Of a DNA stretch of 64,000 bases, positions 1 through 12,027 are shown piece by piece (the first letter of the stretch is position 1; every line of letters begins with the position of its first letter). This DNA comes from Octopus vulgaris (Eukaryota). Made by a program: the position numbers and the translations under genes. The notes beneath the pieces were generated by a model. It worked only from the letters and a program-made list of their open reading frames with translations, ran no database searches and had not been told where the DNA came from. The stretch is from the NCBI GenBank assembly GCA_951406725.2, contig OX597822.1, positions 1,922,001-1,986,000 of the forward strand, read 5' to 3'.

Positions 1-67
1 TGAACATAAAATATTTCAATTATGATACTTACAGGCAAAAATGTTTGAGATTTTTCTATAGCAGACG

Positions 68-199
68 TGGGCGTAACTGTGTTGTAAGAGGTTTGCTTTC
101 TAATCACATGGTTCCGGGTTCATACCAACTGCATGGCATTTGGGAAGGTGTCTTCTATTATGTAAATAGCCTTGGGTCAACCAAAGCCTCATGAGTAGA

Positions 200-200
<1 letters not shown>
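68..200 (+). mobile_element. SINE family A, 5' fragment (tRNA-derived)
   Basis: Matches the head of the full copies at 1393 and 49646 (catggttccgggttca...ggcatttgggaaggtgtcttcta); ends in (TA)n. Confidence 0.8.
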
Positions 201-287
<87 letters not shown>

Positions 288-291
<4 letters not shown>

Positions 292-654
292 TGCACCCAC
301 ACACCTACACATGCGCATATGCACACGTCAAGGTCACCAGCCCCTATCAACACGCATATTCACACACGCGCACCTTCGTTTTGGGATCACCACATCTTTT
401 TATCTCCCTTTCTCCCTAGTTCTCCTGACTGACCACCTCTGTACGGCATTCACTATGATTGATCGCTAACCACTAAACCTTAATTTTTATTTTCTCTCTC
501 TGCTTATTTCTGTGTTCCCGTTCTGTTGAAGAACATAGGCTCGAAACGCAAAAAACTTTCTCACTTCCCGAGCGCTAAACTAAAACTAATATATCTGTTT
601 GTTGTTTACACACCTGCCTTCGTATTTTGTTTTGTTATTTTGTAAATTCCAACT
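288..654 (+). mobile_element. Non-autonomous PLE-like element, family H1 (longest copy)
   Basis: Shares ctgtNgaagagcgtaggctcgaaacg...atacatctgtttg...cacctgccttcgt with 1795, 2965, 10250 and 63876; flanked by (TA)n. Confidence 0.7.
521..555 (+). ncRNA. Degenerate minimal hammerhead motif, H1 copy
   Basis: CTGTTGA-A-GAAC-ATAG-GCTC-GAAAC-GCA; homologous to the better copy at 10319. Confidence 0.45.
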
Positions 655-669
655 ATATATATATATATA

Positions 670-1116
670 GTCCGTTGTCCGTCTTTCTTTTCTTCACTTT
701 TCCTCACGTGACCAGCTTTATTTTCTTTCAGGGCTGTCCTAGAGGCTGGACGTATCCCATCTCAATTCTGTCTTTTCTCTTGTCAAAAAGAAAAACAAAA
801 ATATTGCTCCAGCGTTCGCTATTTTAACCTAGTTCTGGTCTAACGACCCTCCATGTTCGTTTACGTTCAATTTCCTTGTATATCTCCACTGTGCTCATTG
901 TGTTCCAAACTTTCGTCCTCCATAAATCACAAATTTTATTTTGGTATTTGTAGGAGTAACTAACTACCTTCAAAGATTCATATTGATATTTGATTCTCGA
1001 AACAAGGAGTATCGAGGCAGCCAACAACTGATAAAGTGTCATTCTTTAGCTTACTTGTCCCCTTTTCAATTTCTTTCTCTCGTTGTTTACTATTTGTGTC
1101 GTCCTGTATCCATATT

Positions 1117-1120
<4 letters not shown>
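670..1120 (+). mobile_element. Repeat family X, (TA)n-flanked and PLE-like
   Basis: Homologous to 60350-60970 (gttctggtctaacgaccctcc...tttccttgtatNtctccactgt...ctcgaaa...acaactgatRa). Confidence 0.65.
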
Positions 1121-1207
<87 letters not shown>

Positions 1208-1209
<2 letters not shown>

Positions 1210-1330
1210 GACGGGCTCATTTCAGTTTCTGTCTACCAAATCCACTCACAAGAATTTGGTCGGCCCGAAGCTATTGTAGAAGTCAGTTGCCCAAGCCGCC
1301 ACGCAGTGGGACTGAACCCGGCCACATTGA
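1208..1330 (-). mobile_element. SINE family A fragment
   Basis: Reverse complement of the SINE A 5' half. Confidence 0.85.
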
Positions 1331-1356
1331 ACGCTACGCATCTATTTCCAAGAAAG

Positions 1357-1392
<36 letters not shown>

Positions 1393-1394
<2 letters not shown>

Positions 1395-1761
1395 CGCAGG
1401 AGTGGCTGTGTGGTAAGTAGCTAGTTTACCAACCACATGGTTCCGGGTTCAGTCCCACTGCGTGGCACCTTGGGCAAGTGTCTTCTACTATAGCCTCGGG
1501 CCGATCAAAGTCTTGTGAATGGATTTGGTAGACGGAAACTGAAAGAAACACGTCGTATATATGTATATATATGTGTGTTTGTGTGTCTGTGCTTGTCCCC
1601 CTAGCATTGCTTGACAACCGATGCTGGTGTGTTTATGTCCCCGTCTCTTAGTAAGTACTGGGCTTACAAAGAATAAGTCCCTGGGTCGAGTTGCTCGATT
1701 AAAGGCGGTGCTCCAGCATGGCCGCAGTCAAATGACTGAAACAAGTAAAAGAGTAAAAGAG
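1393..1761 (+). mobile_element. SINE family A, near full length
   Basis: tRNA-like head ggcgcaggagtggctgtgtggtaag...gggttcagtccc, internal (TA)/(TG) tract, tail ccagcatggccgcagtcaaatgactgaaacaag(taaaagag)n. Confidence 0.9.
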
Positions 1762-1794
1762 TATATATATATATATATATACACACATACACAC

Positions 1795-1976
1795 TCTCCT
1801 TTTTTTCTCTTTTTGTTTCTCTCCTTGTTTTTTCTGTGTACCTTTCTGTAAAAGAGCGTAGGCTCGAAACGTAAAAGAGTTTTTTTCTATTTCTGAGCGT
1901 TATACTAATACATCTGTTTGTTTTGTACACCACCTACCTGTCTTCATCTTTTGTTTTTTTCGCAAACTCTCCCTTT
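1795..1976 (+). mobile_element. Family H1 copy with HHR motif at 1842-1877
   Basis: cttt-CTGTAAA-A-GAGC-GTAG-GCTC-GAAAC-GTA-aaag, then the shared tail and (TA)n. Confidence 0.7.
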
Positions 1977-2039
<63 letters not shown>

Positions 2040-2040
<1 letters not shown>

Positions 2041-2270
2041 GTGTGTGATTGTATGTGTCTGTGCGTGTGTGTTTGTCTTCCTCACCGCTTAACAACCAGT
2101 GCTGATTTGTTTACATCCCCGTAACTTACTGGTACAGTGAAGTGACTGATAGTACGAGTACGAGGCTTTAAAAGACATGTCTTCAGGTCGGTTCATTCGA
2201 CAAAAAACCCTTTGAGGCGGTGTTCCAGCATTACCACATTCTAATGAAACTGAAACAAGTAAAAGATAAA
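2040..2270 (+). mobile_element. SINE family A, diverged 3' half
   Basis: accgcttaacaaccagtgctg...ggcggtgttccagcat...actgaaacaagtaaaaga. Confidence 0.7.
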
Positions 2271-2964
2271 ATTTACATAAATAGATACCATTTTTTTGCC
2301 GAGCCATTATAGAATTAAAATTAGAGCATTTTCATCTATATGTAACTAATATGTAACTAGTATCATACAGCTAACAAACAGGTAATAATGCAAGCACCTG
2401 CAAGGCTGCATATTATGTGTTGTATTATAATTGGTTTTTAGTTACGTAGTTCTATATCCTTACCTCACATACCTGTGTTTTATGCTGCAAAGTAGCTACG
2501 CGTATTGGATACGTAGATAAAGTATATTTCTGTGTAGTGTTATTTATTATTCATAAAACATTTTAGAGTTAATCATATAGGCATTTATGCATATACACAT
2601 AGCTTATTATATGTTTGTATGCACGTTCACACTCACACACAAATTCATGTATGTATTCATGTATGTATGAATGTATGTATGCGTACATGTATGTATATAT
2701 GTATGTATGTATGCATGTATGTATGCGCGTATGTATGTACAAGAGGGTGTTGATAGATGTCAGTCGATTAATTAAAGGCAAAATTTATGTCTTCATGGCC
2801 CCAGGGATTTTTAAAGTAGGGCATTTCGGTAAACTAGCCCAAGTGCAAGTACATACACATTCACAAGCACAAATAGACATATATACATTGACACACACAT
2901 ATCATCATCTACATATACCTACATATATATATGTATATATAAATAAATAAATATATATATATAT

Positions 2965-3068
2965 ATATTCTTTTTTCTATTTTTTCTATTCCTGAGCGTT
3001 ATACTAATACATCTGTTTGTTTTGTACACCACCCGTCTTCGTCATTTGTTTTTTTCGTAAACTCTCCC

Positions 3069-3071
<3 letters not shown>
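2965..3071 (+). mobile_element. Family H1 3' fragment
   Basis: ctgagcgttatactaatacatctgtttgttttgtacaccacc...aaactctccct, between (TA)n tracts. Confidence 0.7.
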
Positions 3072-3115
<44 letters not shown>

Positions 3116-3156
3116 TATCGACAAAAGATAGAAAAAAAAAGGAAACAAGGAGAGAA

Positions 3157-3226
<70 letters not shown>

Positions 3227-3273
3227 CGTATATATATTATATATATATGGTTGTGTGTGTGTGTGTGTAAGGG

Positions 3274-3331
<58 letters not shown>

Positions 3332-6300
3332 TATGAGTGAGAGTTAGAGTGAAGGAGTGTGCACGAGCGAGGTAGGAAGATTCAATGATACTGTATTTGG
3401 AAACTTATTCACGTAATTAGCTTTATATGCATGAATGTATACCTGCATCCATATACACGAGTACAGTTACGCATTTATATATATTTCTATATATCATTTA
3501 CGCTCATGTATGCATATATATGTATGTGTATATGTATCTACGTGCACATACATACATACACACATACATACATATATATATACATACATATGTATATATA
3601 CATATGTATATATATATATATATATATACATACATATAATTGTATCCAGCTGCGTGTATTTATGTACAATAAATAACTCTATTATATCAATCTACTTGAA
3701 TTATTCTCGACATGTATCGCAGCGTGTAAATAAAAGTTATGCAACTATATAACATTTGTAAATATCGAAAAATATAATCCTGCCGGTCATATAGCCAAGC
3801 TGGTGCCCCGTGGATAGTTTGTATGTTATTTGTACGATATTTGTCACAGCCAGATAAATCTGCTTTAACTGTCGTGAGACAAGGATCTGAAAAAATTCTC
3901 AACTGACACTGTAAAGCAATTTAAATTTATAGACGAATATTCCAGTTCACCTGTTGGCTGTTGTCCTCATTTGACTTCTTTAAGTTTCTTTCAACCATCA
4001 CGTGTTCGCCGATGTTGCAGGATCGACTACAGATTTGAATGTTCACATTTTGCATTTATTTTTTTGTTGTTTTTTTGTCTTTTTTGCATTGTGAATATGT
4101 CTCCAGCTGCAATATTTTTCATGAGATTTCAAACTTATTTGACACATCTGATTCTACGGTCAATCTCCCGATGGAAGCTGTTTTGCACTGTTCATAACCT
4201 TCTAGACATTCAGGTTTCGTAATGTTAACTGGGACAGATGCGTTTTACATTATTAAGGATAGCTGCAATGAAGAGACAACCACGCGCGCGCTCGCGAACA
4301 GACAAGCGCACGTACACGAACGCATCGGCGGCACACGCAAACAAAGAAACCAACACACAATACCAGTTACCCTTTTGAATTATCTCCCTTGAGCCATCTT
4401 TTGTGATCATACAAATTATGCTGATCTAAGTTCTTCCTAATTATTTTCCCACTTATAAAACTTCTCAGTTTTCTCAAAATTTCGTCTGTCCTTAACATGT
4501 TCCCTTGTTGTCTCCTGACATGCCAAATCATATTTTTATGACATTTAATTATTTTCCTTAAAATGTTTCCTCTTTACTTTTTGAGAAGCACCAGATATTG
4601 GTTTAGGCATTTGCTTCTGTTTTTTCTTTCTCTCTCTCTCTCTCTGTCTCTCTTTTTCTCTCTATTGGTAAAGAAATTCGGCTTTTTTTCGTTTGGGAGA
4701 GGGATGGGTCGTGCTCGTTCTAAAAATTACCTACACACAGACCTAGGTACCCCTCCACTACAACTTCATCAGGAGTTGAGAGCTCAAAGTATGGCAAGGA
4801 TAATCACATTTTCATCTTTCTTCATCGTAGATCATCCAAGTAAAATCTTTCTTTATGAGTAGCTATGAATAGGAGAAAATGCACCTTGCCAGTTTTCAAG
4901 AGAGCAGTATGTGATTTGAGGAAGATTTGGTTGCTAGTCTTGAATTAATGAGCGATCTTATAGCAGCATCACTACAAATTGTGTTGGCTTTCTCTGGATA
5001 TTCTACAAAATATTTCTAGCTTTACAGTAGATGTTATTTTCAGTTTTGCATGTTTCCATGAAGCGTCAGTTATTCCAGTGTAAGCTTTGCTGTCAATATT
5101 TTGGTGTTACGGTCAATTCCGTTTAAGTCCCATGCAGTTATTTGCATAGGTTCCAGCTTTTTTCTGTTCCTGTACGTTAGTATATATTTGAGTTTGTGTG
5201 TAAATATGTCGATGTTTGTGGTTGAAGGGAAGATTTTCTATAACAATTTATTTTACAAAATATTTCATGAGTATCAAAGTATGGAAACGCATGCACACTC
5301 ATTTCATTTCTTGCTCTTGTTTTAGTTATTCTTTTTAACTCCTTCTTATCTCTCTTTGATTTTTCATCGTCTCCACTTTTCAATAGTTATTTACTTTTAT
5401 CACGAGAATGTCACACATTTGCAAAACGGAGCGGACATATACGAATAAATTAAACCCAGATTAAGATTATTACTGATGCCTCATACAACGAATGCACTGA
5501 AATAAATGATTGACAAAGTGATGCTAGAGTCAAAAATTATAAATCAAATAAATATTTTGGCATATTGTCGTTGAAAGGTCGAAAGTAAATCTCAACAATG
5601 TAAGAACTGCAAACACCAAAGTCAATAATAGAACAGGAATGACCTGTAGCAAATTAATAAAAAAAAAAATAAAAGCACGGGAAACCCTCACTCGGGAGCG
5701 ATATGAGTAGGCTACATGTATCATGAATTCGCTAATTCATTTTTACTATGAAATCATTAGCAGCTGTCCGTTAGAGCGGAGTCTGCTGCGACTTTTAACC
5801 CCAAGAAAACATTTCCTCGAGTTTGTTATCGATGCACAGCTGCATCCGATAAAATTGCGAGCAGGGCAGCGAACCCCTACCATGTCCTAGCGACGGGACC
5901 TGTAGACCAGTCTTATTAGTGCCACGCCTGAATATTGGACACCTCATCTGGTAGAGACGATAGCAGCTCGCTTCTGCACGTAATACATATTTCAAGCGAA
6001 CATACACTCGCTGGTTTTGCAACATGCAAAAATCCAAGTTCTAAAATCTCTTTAAGAGATCAACGCATTAGTTGTACTGATAAGTAATATTGTCAGTATA
6101 ACTACAGAGAGATTTTAGAACTAGCATTTTTACTTTTATATATATATATATAAATTAAATTAGAGATAAAACCACTATTAGGCAACTCAGTGATAGACAT
6201 AAACCAAAACATTAAAAAAACGAAAAATAAATATAATTAATATAATATACAAAATATATATAAAATACAAAATTTAAAATTTAAATTATTGGAATTTGAA

Positions 6301-6454
6301 ATTTTAAAATTTATATTTATAAATTTTTATATTTTTATATTTTTAAATTTTAAATTGATAAATTTTTAAACTTTTAAACTTTTAACCTTTTTTTTAAACT
6401 AACCAAAAAGTATTAAAAAGTTTAATATAATATAATATACTTTTAATACATTTT

Positions 6455-6499
<45 letters not shown>

Positions 6500-6500
<1 letters not shown>

Positions 6501-6890
6501 TATACTGTTGTCATGGTCGTCATCGGTGTTGGCGGCCTTGTCTTGTATGCGAGTATTTATTTCCTTGCTTAACGCTTCCTTTATGGTGATATTGTTGATG
6601 ACTCTGTCGACTAATTCTTCCATAGAAGAGTCGATGGCATTGACTGTACAATAACGCTGGCAGAGGACGAGTTTGACTCTGTCGAGCCTTTCTCTCTTGT
6701 CATATAATTTCTTCCTTTTCTCTTCCGGTGGCTTCGAAAGTTTTGGTTTCGATGGTGATGGAACACCGCCACTTGGTATGGTCTCGTACTTGTATTTCAA
6801 ACAATCTAAGTTCAATTCCTGTGGCTTTCAGTGTTCCATTGATTCATATATGAAATGCTTATAGTATTGCATATTAAAAAGTGACATGTT
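6500..6890 (-). pseudogene. Orphan coding-like remnant of unknown family
   Basis: About 125 non-repetitive codons in one frame with one in-frame TGA (…QYYKHFIYESMEH*KPQELNLDCLKYKYETIPSGGVPSPSKPKLSKPPEEKRKK…NTDDDHDNS); ends in (TA)n. Confidence 0.3.
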
Positions 6891-7114
6891 ATAGACGGAT
6901 ATAGCAAAAAAAAAAAAAACATAGGACATTAACAACAAACATCCTTTTACTCTCTTTTTCTTTCATTCTCTCTTTCTTGCTCCTCTGTCTCTCTTTCTCT
7001 CTCTTTCTCCCCACATACTCAGAGATTCAGACATACGCTTACATAGAATACATATGTGTATATGCATGTAAGTATGGGTATATTTATATATGTATGTACA
7101 TATGCACGCACACA

Positions 7115-7180
<66 letters not shown>

Positions 7181-7259
7181 CGTGCTTGTGTGTGTGTGCG
7201 TGTGTGTGTGTGCGTGCGTGTGCGTGCGTGTATAGATATATGTATGTATACATAGATGT

Positions 7260-7298
<39 letters not shown>

Positions 7299-7317
7299 TA
7301 GATGAATGAATGATAAT

Positions 7318-7990
7318 AGGTGAATGTACAGATACAAATCCCTTACGGCCGTTTCTACCATGAGGCATCAGAATCTTTCAAGGCATCCTCATCACGCCAG
7401 TGATATACAGGGATGAACAAACATTGGACAGAGATAGGATAATGGTTGAGCCTCAAGGCTTCTTCACTCACAGTGTACAAATATTAGGAAAGTAACATTT
7501 GGGAAATTCAGTTAGAATAATAGAGTAGGGTAAAATAAGATACGATTGAGTAAAATATGTAAAAATAAAACAATAATGAAATGCATTGTAATAGACATGG
7601 TAAGGAAAAGTAAGAACTTCATTTATATTCCATGGTACTCCATCCTGTGGTAAGCAAAGAAAGTGACTCTCAGGAGATATATCCATAGGCTGCGATTTAC
7701 ATCGTGTTTCCATATTACTAAGGGAAATAGTTAACGATGTATGCTCTGTTGTGGGTTTAATGGTATGGTCCATGCTGCAAGGGTCAGAGGTGAGAGGCTA
7801 AACGCTATTTAATAGTTATAGTATTATGAAAGGAGTTGGCAGAAATAACTTCAATTGTACCTGTTGAAGGAAAATTAATACATAAGTACACTAATGAAAG
7901 AAAAACTGGGTAAAACCTTAATGCGATATTAATATTTGCTACTTATTGGCAGAAAACTAATCCCAGTACCCCTTTGCGTAGTAGGTGGGG
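7318..7990 (-). mobile_element. PLE-like element, family H8 (long-stem-II HHR at 7338-7470)
   Basis: Minus strand GTGAAGA-105 nt-GAAAC-GGCC-GTA; shares internal ggacagagat motif and spacing with 49481-49612; flanked by (TA)n; distal boundary uncertain. Confidence 0.5.
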
Positions 7991-8007
7991 GTCAAAGTCA
8001 ATCCTAC

Positions 8008-8327
<320 letters not shown>

Positions 8328-8397
8328 TATGTATGGATGGATCGATGGATGGATGGCTTTAAACCCAAGTTCACAATAACAAGCCAGAGAGTGTTTC

Positions 8398-8442
8398 ATT
8401 GCTGGCGAAGTCGAGTCATTACCCGAAACGGCATCGTCCAAT
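8398..8442 (+). ncRNA. Degenerate type I hammerhead-like motif (H9)
   Basis: attg-CTGGCGA-16 nt-GAAAC-ggcatc-GTC-caat; core has G at A6 and stem II is poor. Confidence 0.35.
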
Positions 8443-9269
8443 CAGACCATCTTTTATTATCTGCGATGTAGTCGTATAGACAATGCAGTTGAAATTTTTT
8501 AAATTTTAGTATCTTGTGAACACAATGAACACTAAAACATCTACTGAGGCACTTCATGTCAGAGCTTAGCATGAAAAATATTGCTAGCTATATATTACGT
8601 ACTTGATACATACATGAACACACGCGAGCGCGTGCGCATGCTCACATCTATTTGAAAATCGTGTCATATTTCAGTGAAGTGTACTATACGTCATGGCGAG
8701 ACAGTACGGTAGAAATCAATAGATAAAGAATTCATCTCATTAGTGAAGGTTCATCAATGAAGGGAAGTTCACTGGTGTTTTATAATTTTTTTTCTATTCT
8801 GTGCCAAACATGCACAACACTCGATAACAACTGAAATTTGAATGAGAGCAAAAAATAGAAAGACGGATTTTCATGTGATATGTACTATATTTCATATATA
8901 TGGCTTTGATTTCAACATTGCATGCTTTTATATTTCTAGTTTTTGCTATTGTCTATATATATAGCAATGACTAGTTTATGAATTAGACATTTTCTGTAAT
9001 ATTATTTTGAGACAAATGATCAAGATAATTATTCGTTGTAATTACAAACTTGCATTCATCTGAATGAAAACTTTTCTCCAGGAAGATTACACACCTTCAT
9101 TAAGGAAGCATCTTAATGAGGATTACAGTTTGTCAATACGGATTAATGACAATTGAATATTATAGATTGGTGACTGGTATTGAGAGTTCTTAACCCTTAT
9201 ATTCCGATAGTATCTCATATCTTCTCGAGAAGGAAATATATCTGAATCACCATTTTTTAAAAATGATAT

Positions 9270-9672
9270 TCTTTTATTCGATTCAGACATTTGACAGCGG
9301 CCTTGCTGGAGCACCGCCTTTAGTCGAACAAATCGACCCCAGGACTTATTCTTTGTAAGTCTAGTACTTATTATATCGGTCTCTTTTGCCGAACCGCTAG
9401 ATTACGGGGACGTAAACACACCAGCATCAGTTGTCAAGCGATGTGGGGGGGATACAGACACACAAACGTATACAAACGCACACACACACATATATATATA
9501 CATATATACGCCGGGCTTCTTTCAGTTTCCGTCTACCAAATCCACTCACAAGGCTTTGGTCGGCCCGAGGCTATAGTAGAAGACACTTGCCCAAGGTGCC
9601 ACGCAGTGGAACTGAACCCGGAACCATGTGGTTCGTAAGCAAGCTACTTACCACACAGCCACACCTACGCCT
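9270..9672 (-). mobile_element. SINE family A, full length
   Basis: Reverse complement of the 49646 copy across its length. Confidence 0.9.
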
Positions 9673-10039
9673 ATGATATGGTTATAAAGAACACTGATCC
9701 CATTTGAAATTAATTTTACACTAAGGTAAGATAATCGCATTGGTGAAAACAAAGTTGAAATTTTATGATGATTTACTAACGAAACTTCATAAGTAATCGC
9801 ATAATAAGTGATCGCATAATTTGTAAGAATAAAACGATAATAGAACAAGGTAGGCTTTTTAAGGACGAAGTCGAATGTCCGAATTCGGCATATTGATTTG
9901 TAAATATTAATAATTACTCTCTACCACTACCTACACATCTTTCATCATAAACACCTGAAAACATTATACGTATCTTTTAACTTTTGTCTCACTGATTGGA
10001 CTTTGTCCTAGCTGGTATACAGCCTGAAAGTTTAGTCTG

Positions 10040-10250
10040 GCAAGTCGACCCGAGTACATGTGTCTATGAGGCTAGTACTCATTCTGTCGGTCTTTTTGTC
10101 GAAACGCTATGTAACGGGGTCGTAAAGAAAGCACCATCTCTTGTCAAACATTGGGGAAACGCAAACACAAATACACCAACAGGTGTATACATATATATGA
10201 AGAGTTCCCTCACAATTGCCATCTACCAAATTCACTCAAAAGGCATTGGT
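10040..10250 (-). mobile_element. SINE family A, degenerate
   Basis: gtcgacccgag...ctagtactcattctgtcggtctttttgtcgaa...tctaccaaattcactca. Confidence 0.6.
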
Positions 10251-10448
10251 CTCCTTTTTCAATTTTTCCCATATATATATACACATCGTTAGCTACTACA
10301 CACGTTTTTTTCTGTGAATCTTTCTGTAGAAGAGCGTAGGCTCGAAACGTAAAAGACTTTTTTTTTTCTTGAGCGCTATACTAATACATCTGTTTGTTTG
10401 TTTGTACACCACCTGCCTTCGTCCTTTGTTTATTTGCGTAAACTTTCC

Positions 10449-10451
<3 letters not shown>
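10250..10451 (+). mobile_element. Family H1 copy
   Basis: Same HHR and tail as the 288 and 1795 copies; ends in (TA)n. Confidence 0.75.
10319..10356 (+). ncRNA. Minimal type I hammerhead, CUGUAGA core variant (H1)
   Basis: Stem I tcttt/aaaga; CTGTAGA-A; stem II GAGC-gtag-GCTC; GAAAC-GTA with self-complementary ACGT as stem III. Confidence 0.6.
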
Positions 10452-10479
<28 letters not shown>

Positions 10480-10628
10480 CAAATGGATGAATGAATTATC
10501 CTTTGTTTACACTTAACGTGGAAAATTCAATAAAAAGTTACCAGGGTAGCAAAATTCACGCAAGTAACAAGGATGTAGCAGCCTATTCAAAGGTAGAAAC
10601 TCCGGGTCAATGTGCAGTAATTTGTGTG

Positions 10629-10685
10629 GTATAAGTAAATAAATGGAGTTGGACGCTCCGTTCAACTCCATTTATTTACTTATAC
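10629..10685. repeat. Perfect 23-bp-arm hairpin inside a (TA)n-flanked insert
   Basis: gtataagtaaataaatggagttg / caactccatttatttacttatac with an 11-nt loop. Confidence 0.85.
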
Positions 10686-10686
10686 G

Positions 10687-10733
<47 letters not shown>

Positions 10734-10843
10734 AGATATTTATATATATCTATACAATAGATATTTACATAATATTGAGGTCTCTTTCTTTCTTTTGTTA
10801 TCTTACCGTTTTATCAATATATATATATATATATATATATATA

Positions 10844-11073
10844 CAGTTGCGGCCAAAATGTTCAGAACGACACGGTTTTTGTCAGAAAAGTAGGTATACG
10901 TTTTCATCACAGTTGTTTTATATTCTATAATTTTCACAGACAATAAATACAATATTATTTGTTATTGTCTGAGATTTTGGTGTAATGTGAGAGGATAATA
11001 CAAAAGTTATGGATGATTTAGTGATTTACCTCAAAACCCATGGCGGCCAAAATGATCATTTTCGCCGCAACTG
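10844..11073. mobile_element. Tc1-type MITE
   Basis: TIRs cagttgcggccaaaatg / cattttcgccgcaactg with TA on both sides. Confidence 0.75.
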
Positions 11074-11179
11074 TATATATATATCTTTGGGTGTGCTTGT
11101 GTGTGTAATTGTGTATGGCTGTATCTCTGAGTATCAATATATATATTAAGCATATCATATGTTTATACATACACAGACG

Positions 11180-11480
11180 GGGTTGTTTGCTTCCCAGCCA
11201 CGTGATTTAGTATCACTGCGTGGCACCTTGGGCAGCTATCTTCTACTGTAGTCATGAGCCGATTTGGTAGACAGAAACGAAAAGAAAGCCGCTATATATA
11301 TACACATATATGTGTATGTGTGTGTGCGCGTGTGTCTGTGTTTTTGACAAAAAAAACACCGATAAAGCGATCAGGCTAAAAACAAATAAATACTGGGGAC
11401 GATTCTTTCGACAATGTACTCTTAAAGGCAGTGCCCCGGCATGGCCGCAGTCCAATGGATGAAAGAAATAGCAGTTAAGA
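11180..11480 (+). mobile_element. SINE family A, diverged
   Basis: cactgcgtggcaccttgggca...gatttggtagacagaaac...gcatggccgcagtc. Confidence 0.75.
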
Positions 11481-12027
11481 AATAAAAGATATGTATATGC
11501 ATATAAGTATGTGTGCATGTATATACATATATACTAGCAGCAAATACACAGGGTTTTTTATTAAACCCAGTTTCACCACTCTCGTAGGGCCAGAAAACGA
11601 TAGAAACGTAAATCAAATCTCTTAAGGGAGGGCAGTCAACTAAAATTAATGTTTCCTCAAAATTCAAAATAGCATTTTTCATATTCTACTTTATGTGTCG
11701 TGTAACAACGTAAATATTCATTTTATTGATATCCACCTGCTTTATGTCAGAAGTGCAGGCAGCCATAAGTTATTCGCATGCTCATACATGGTTTTATGCG
11801 TAACTACATCGATGCATAGATACCCAGACGAATACAGCCATCGACAGCTATATAAGTTTCACTTGATTTCATTCTCTCTTCCCCTCACTCTGTTCAGCAT
11901 CCCCCCTTGTATACATATGTAGATAAATAGATATACCTTCTCTGATCTATTCGTAACATATATGCATATTTGTATGTCTGTGTGAAGAACGCCAAGGTAA
12001 CTCTATTTATCTACATATGTATGTATA

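Noticed and set aside
5795-6037. 80-aa minus-strand ORF in unique sequence
   Set aside because: No recognisable domain, TTG start and no splice support
9431-9676. Recurring peptides such as RRASFSFRLPNPLTRLWSARGYSRRHLPKVPRSG and MRNWYLIYRPRKDERQSRPRRNL
   Set aside because: Translations of SINE A and SINE B copies; they recur because of the repeat, not protein conservation
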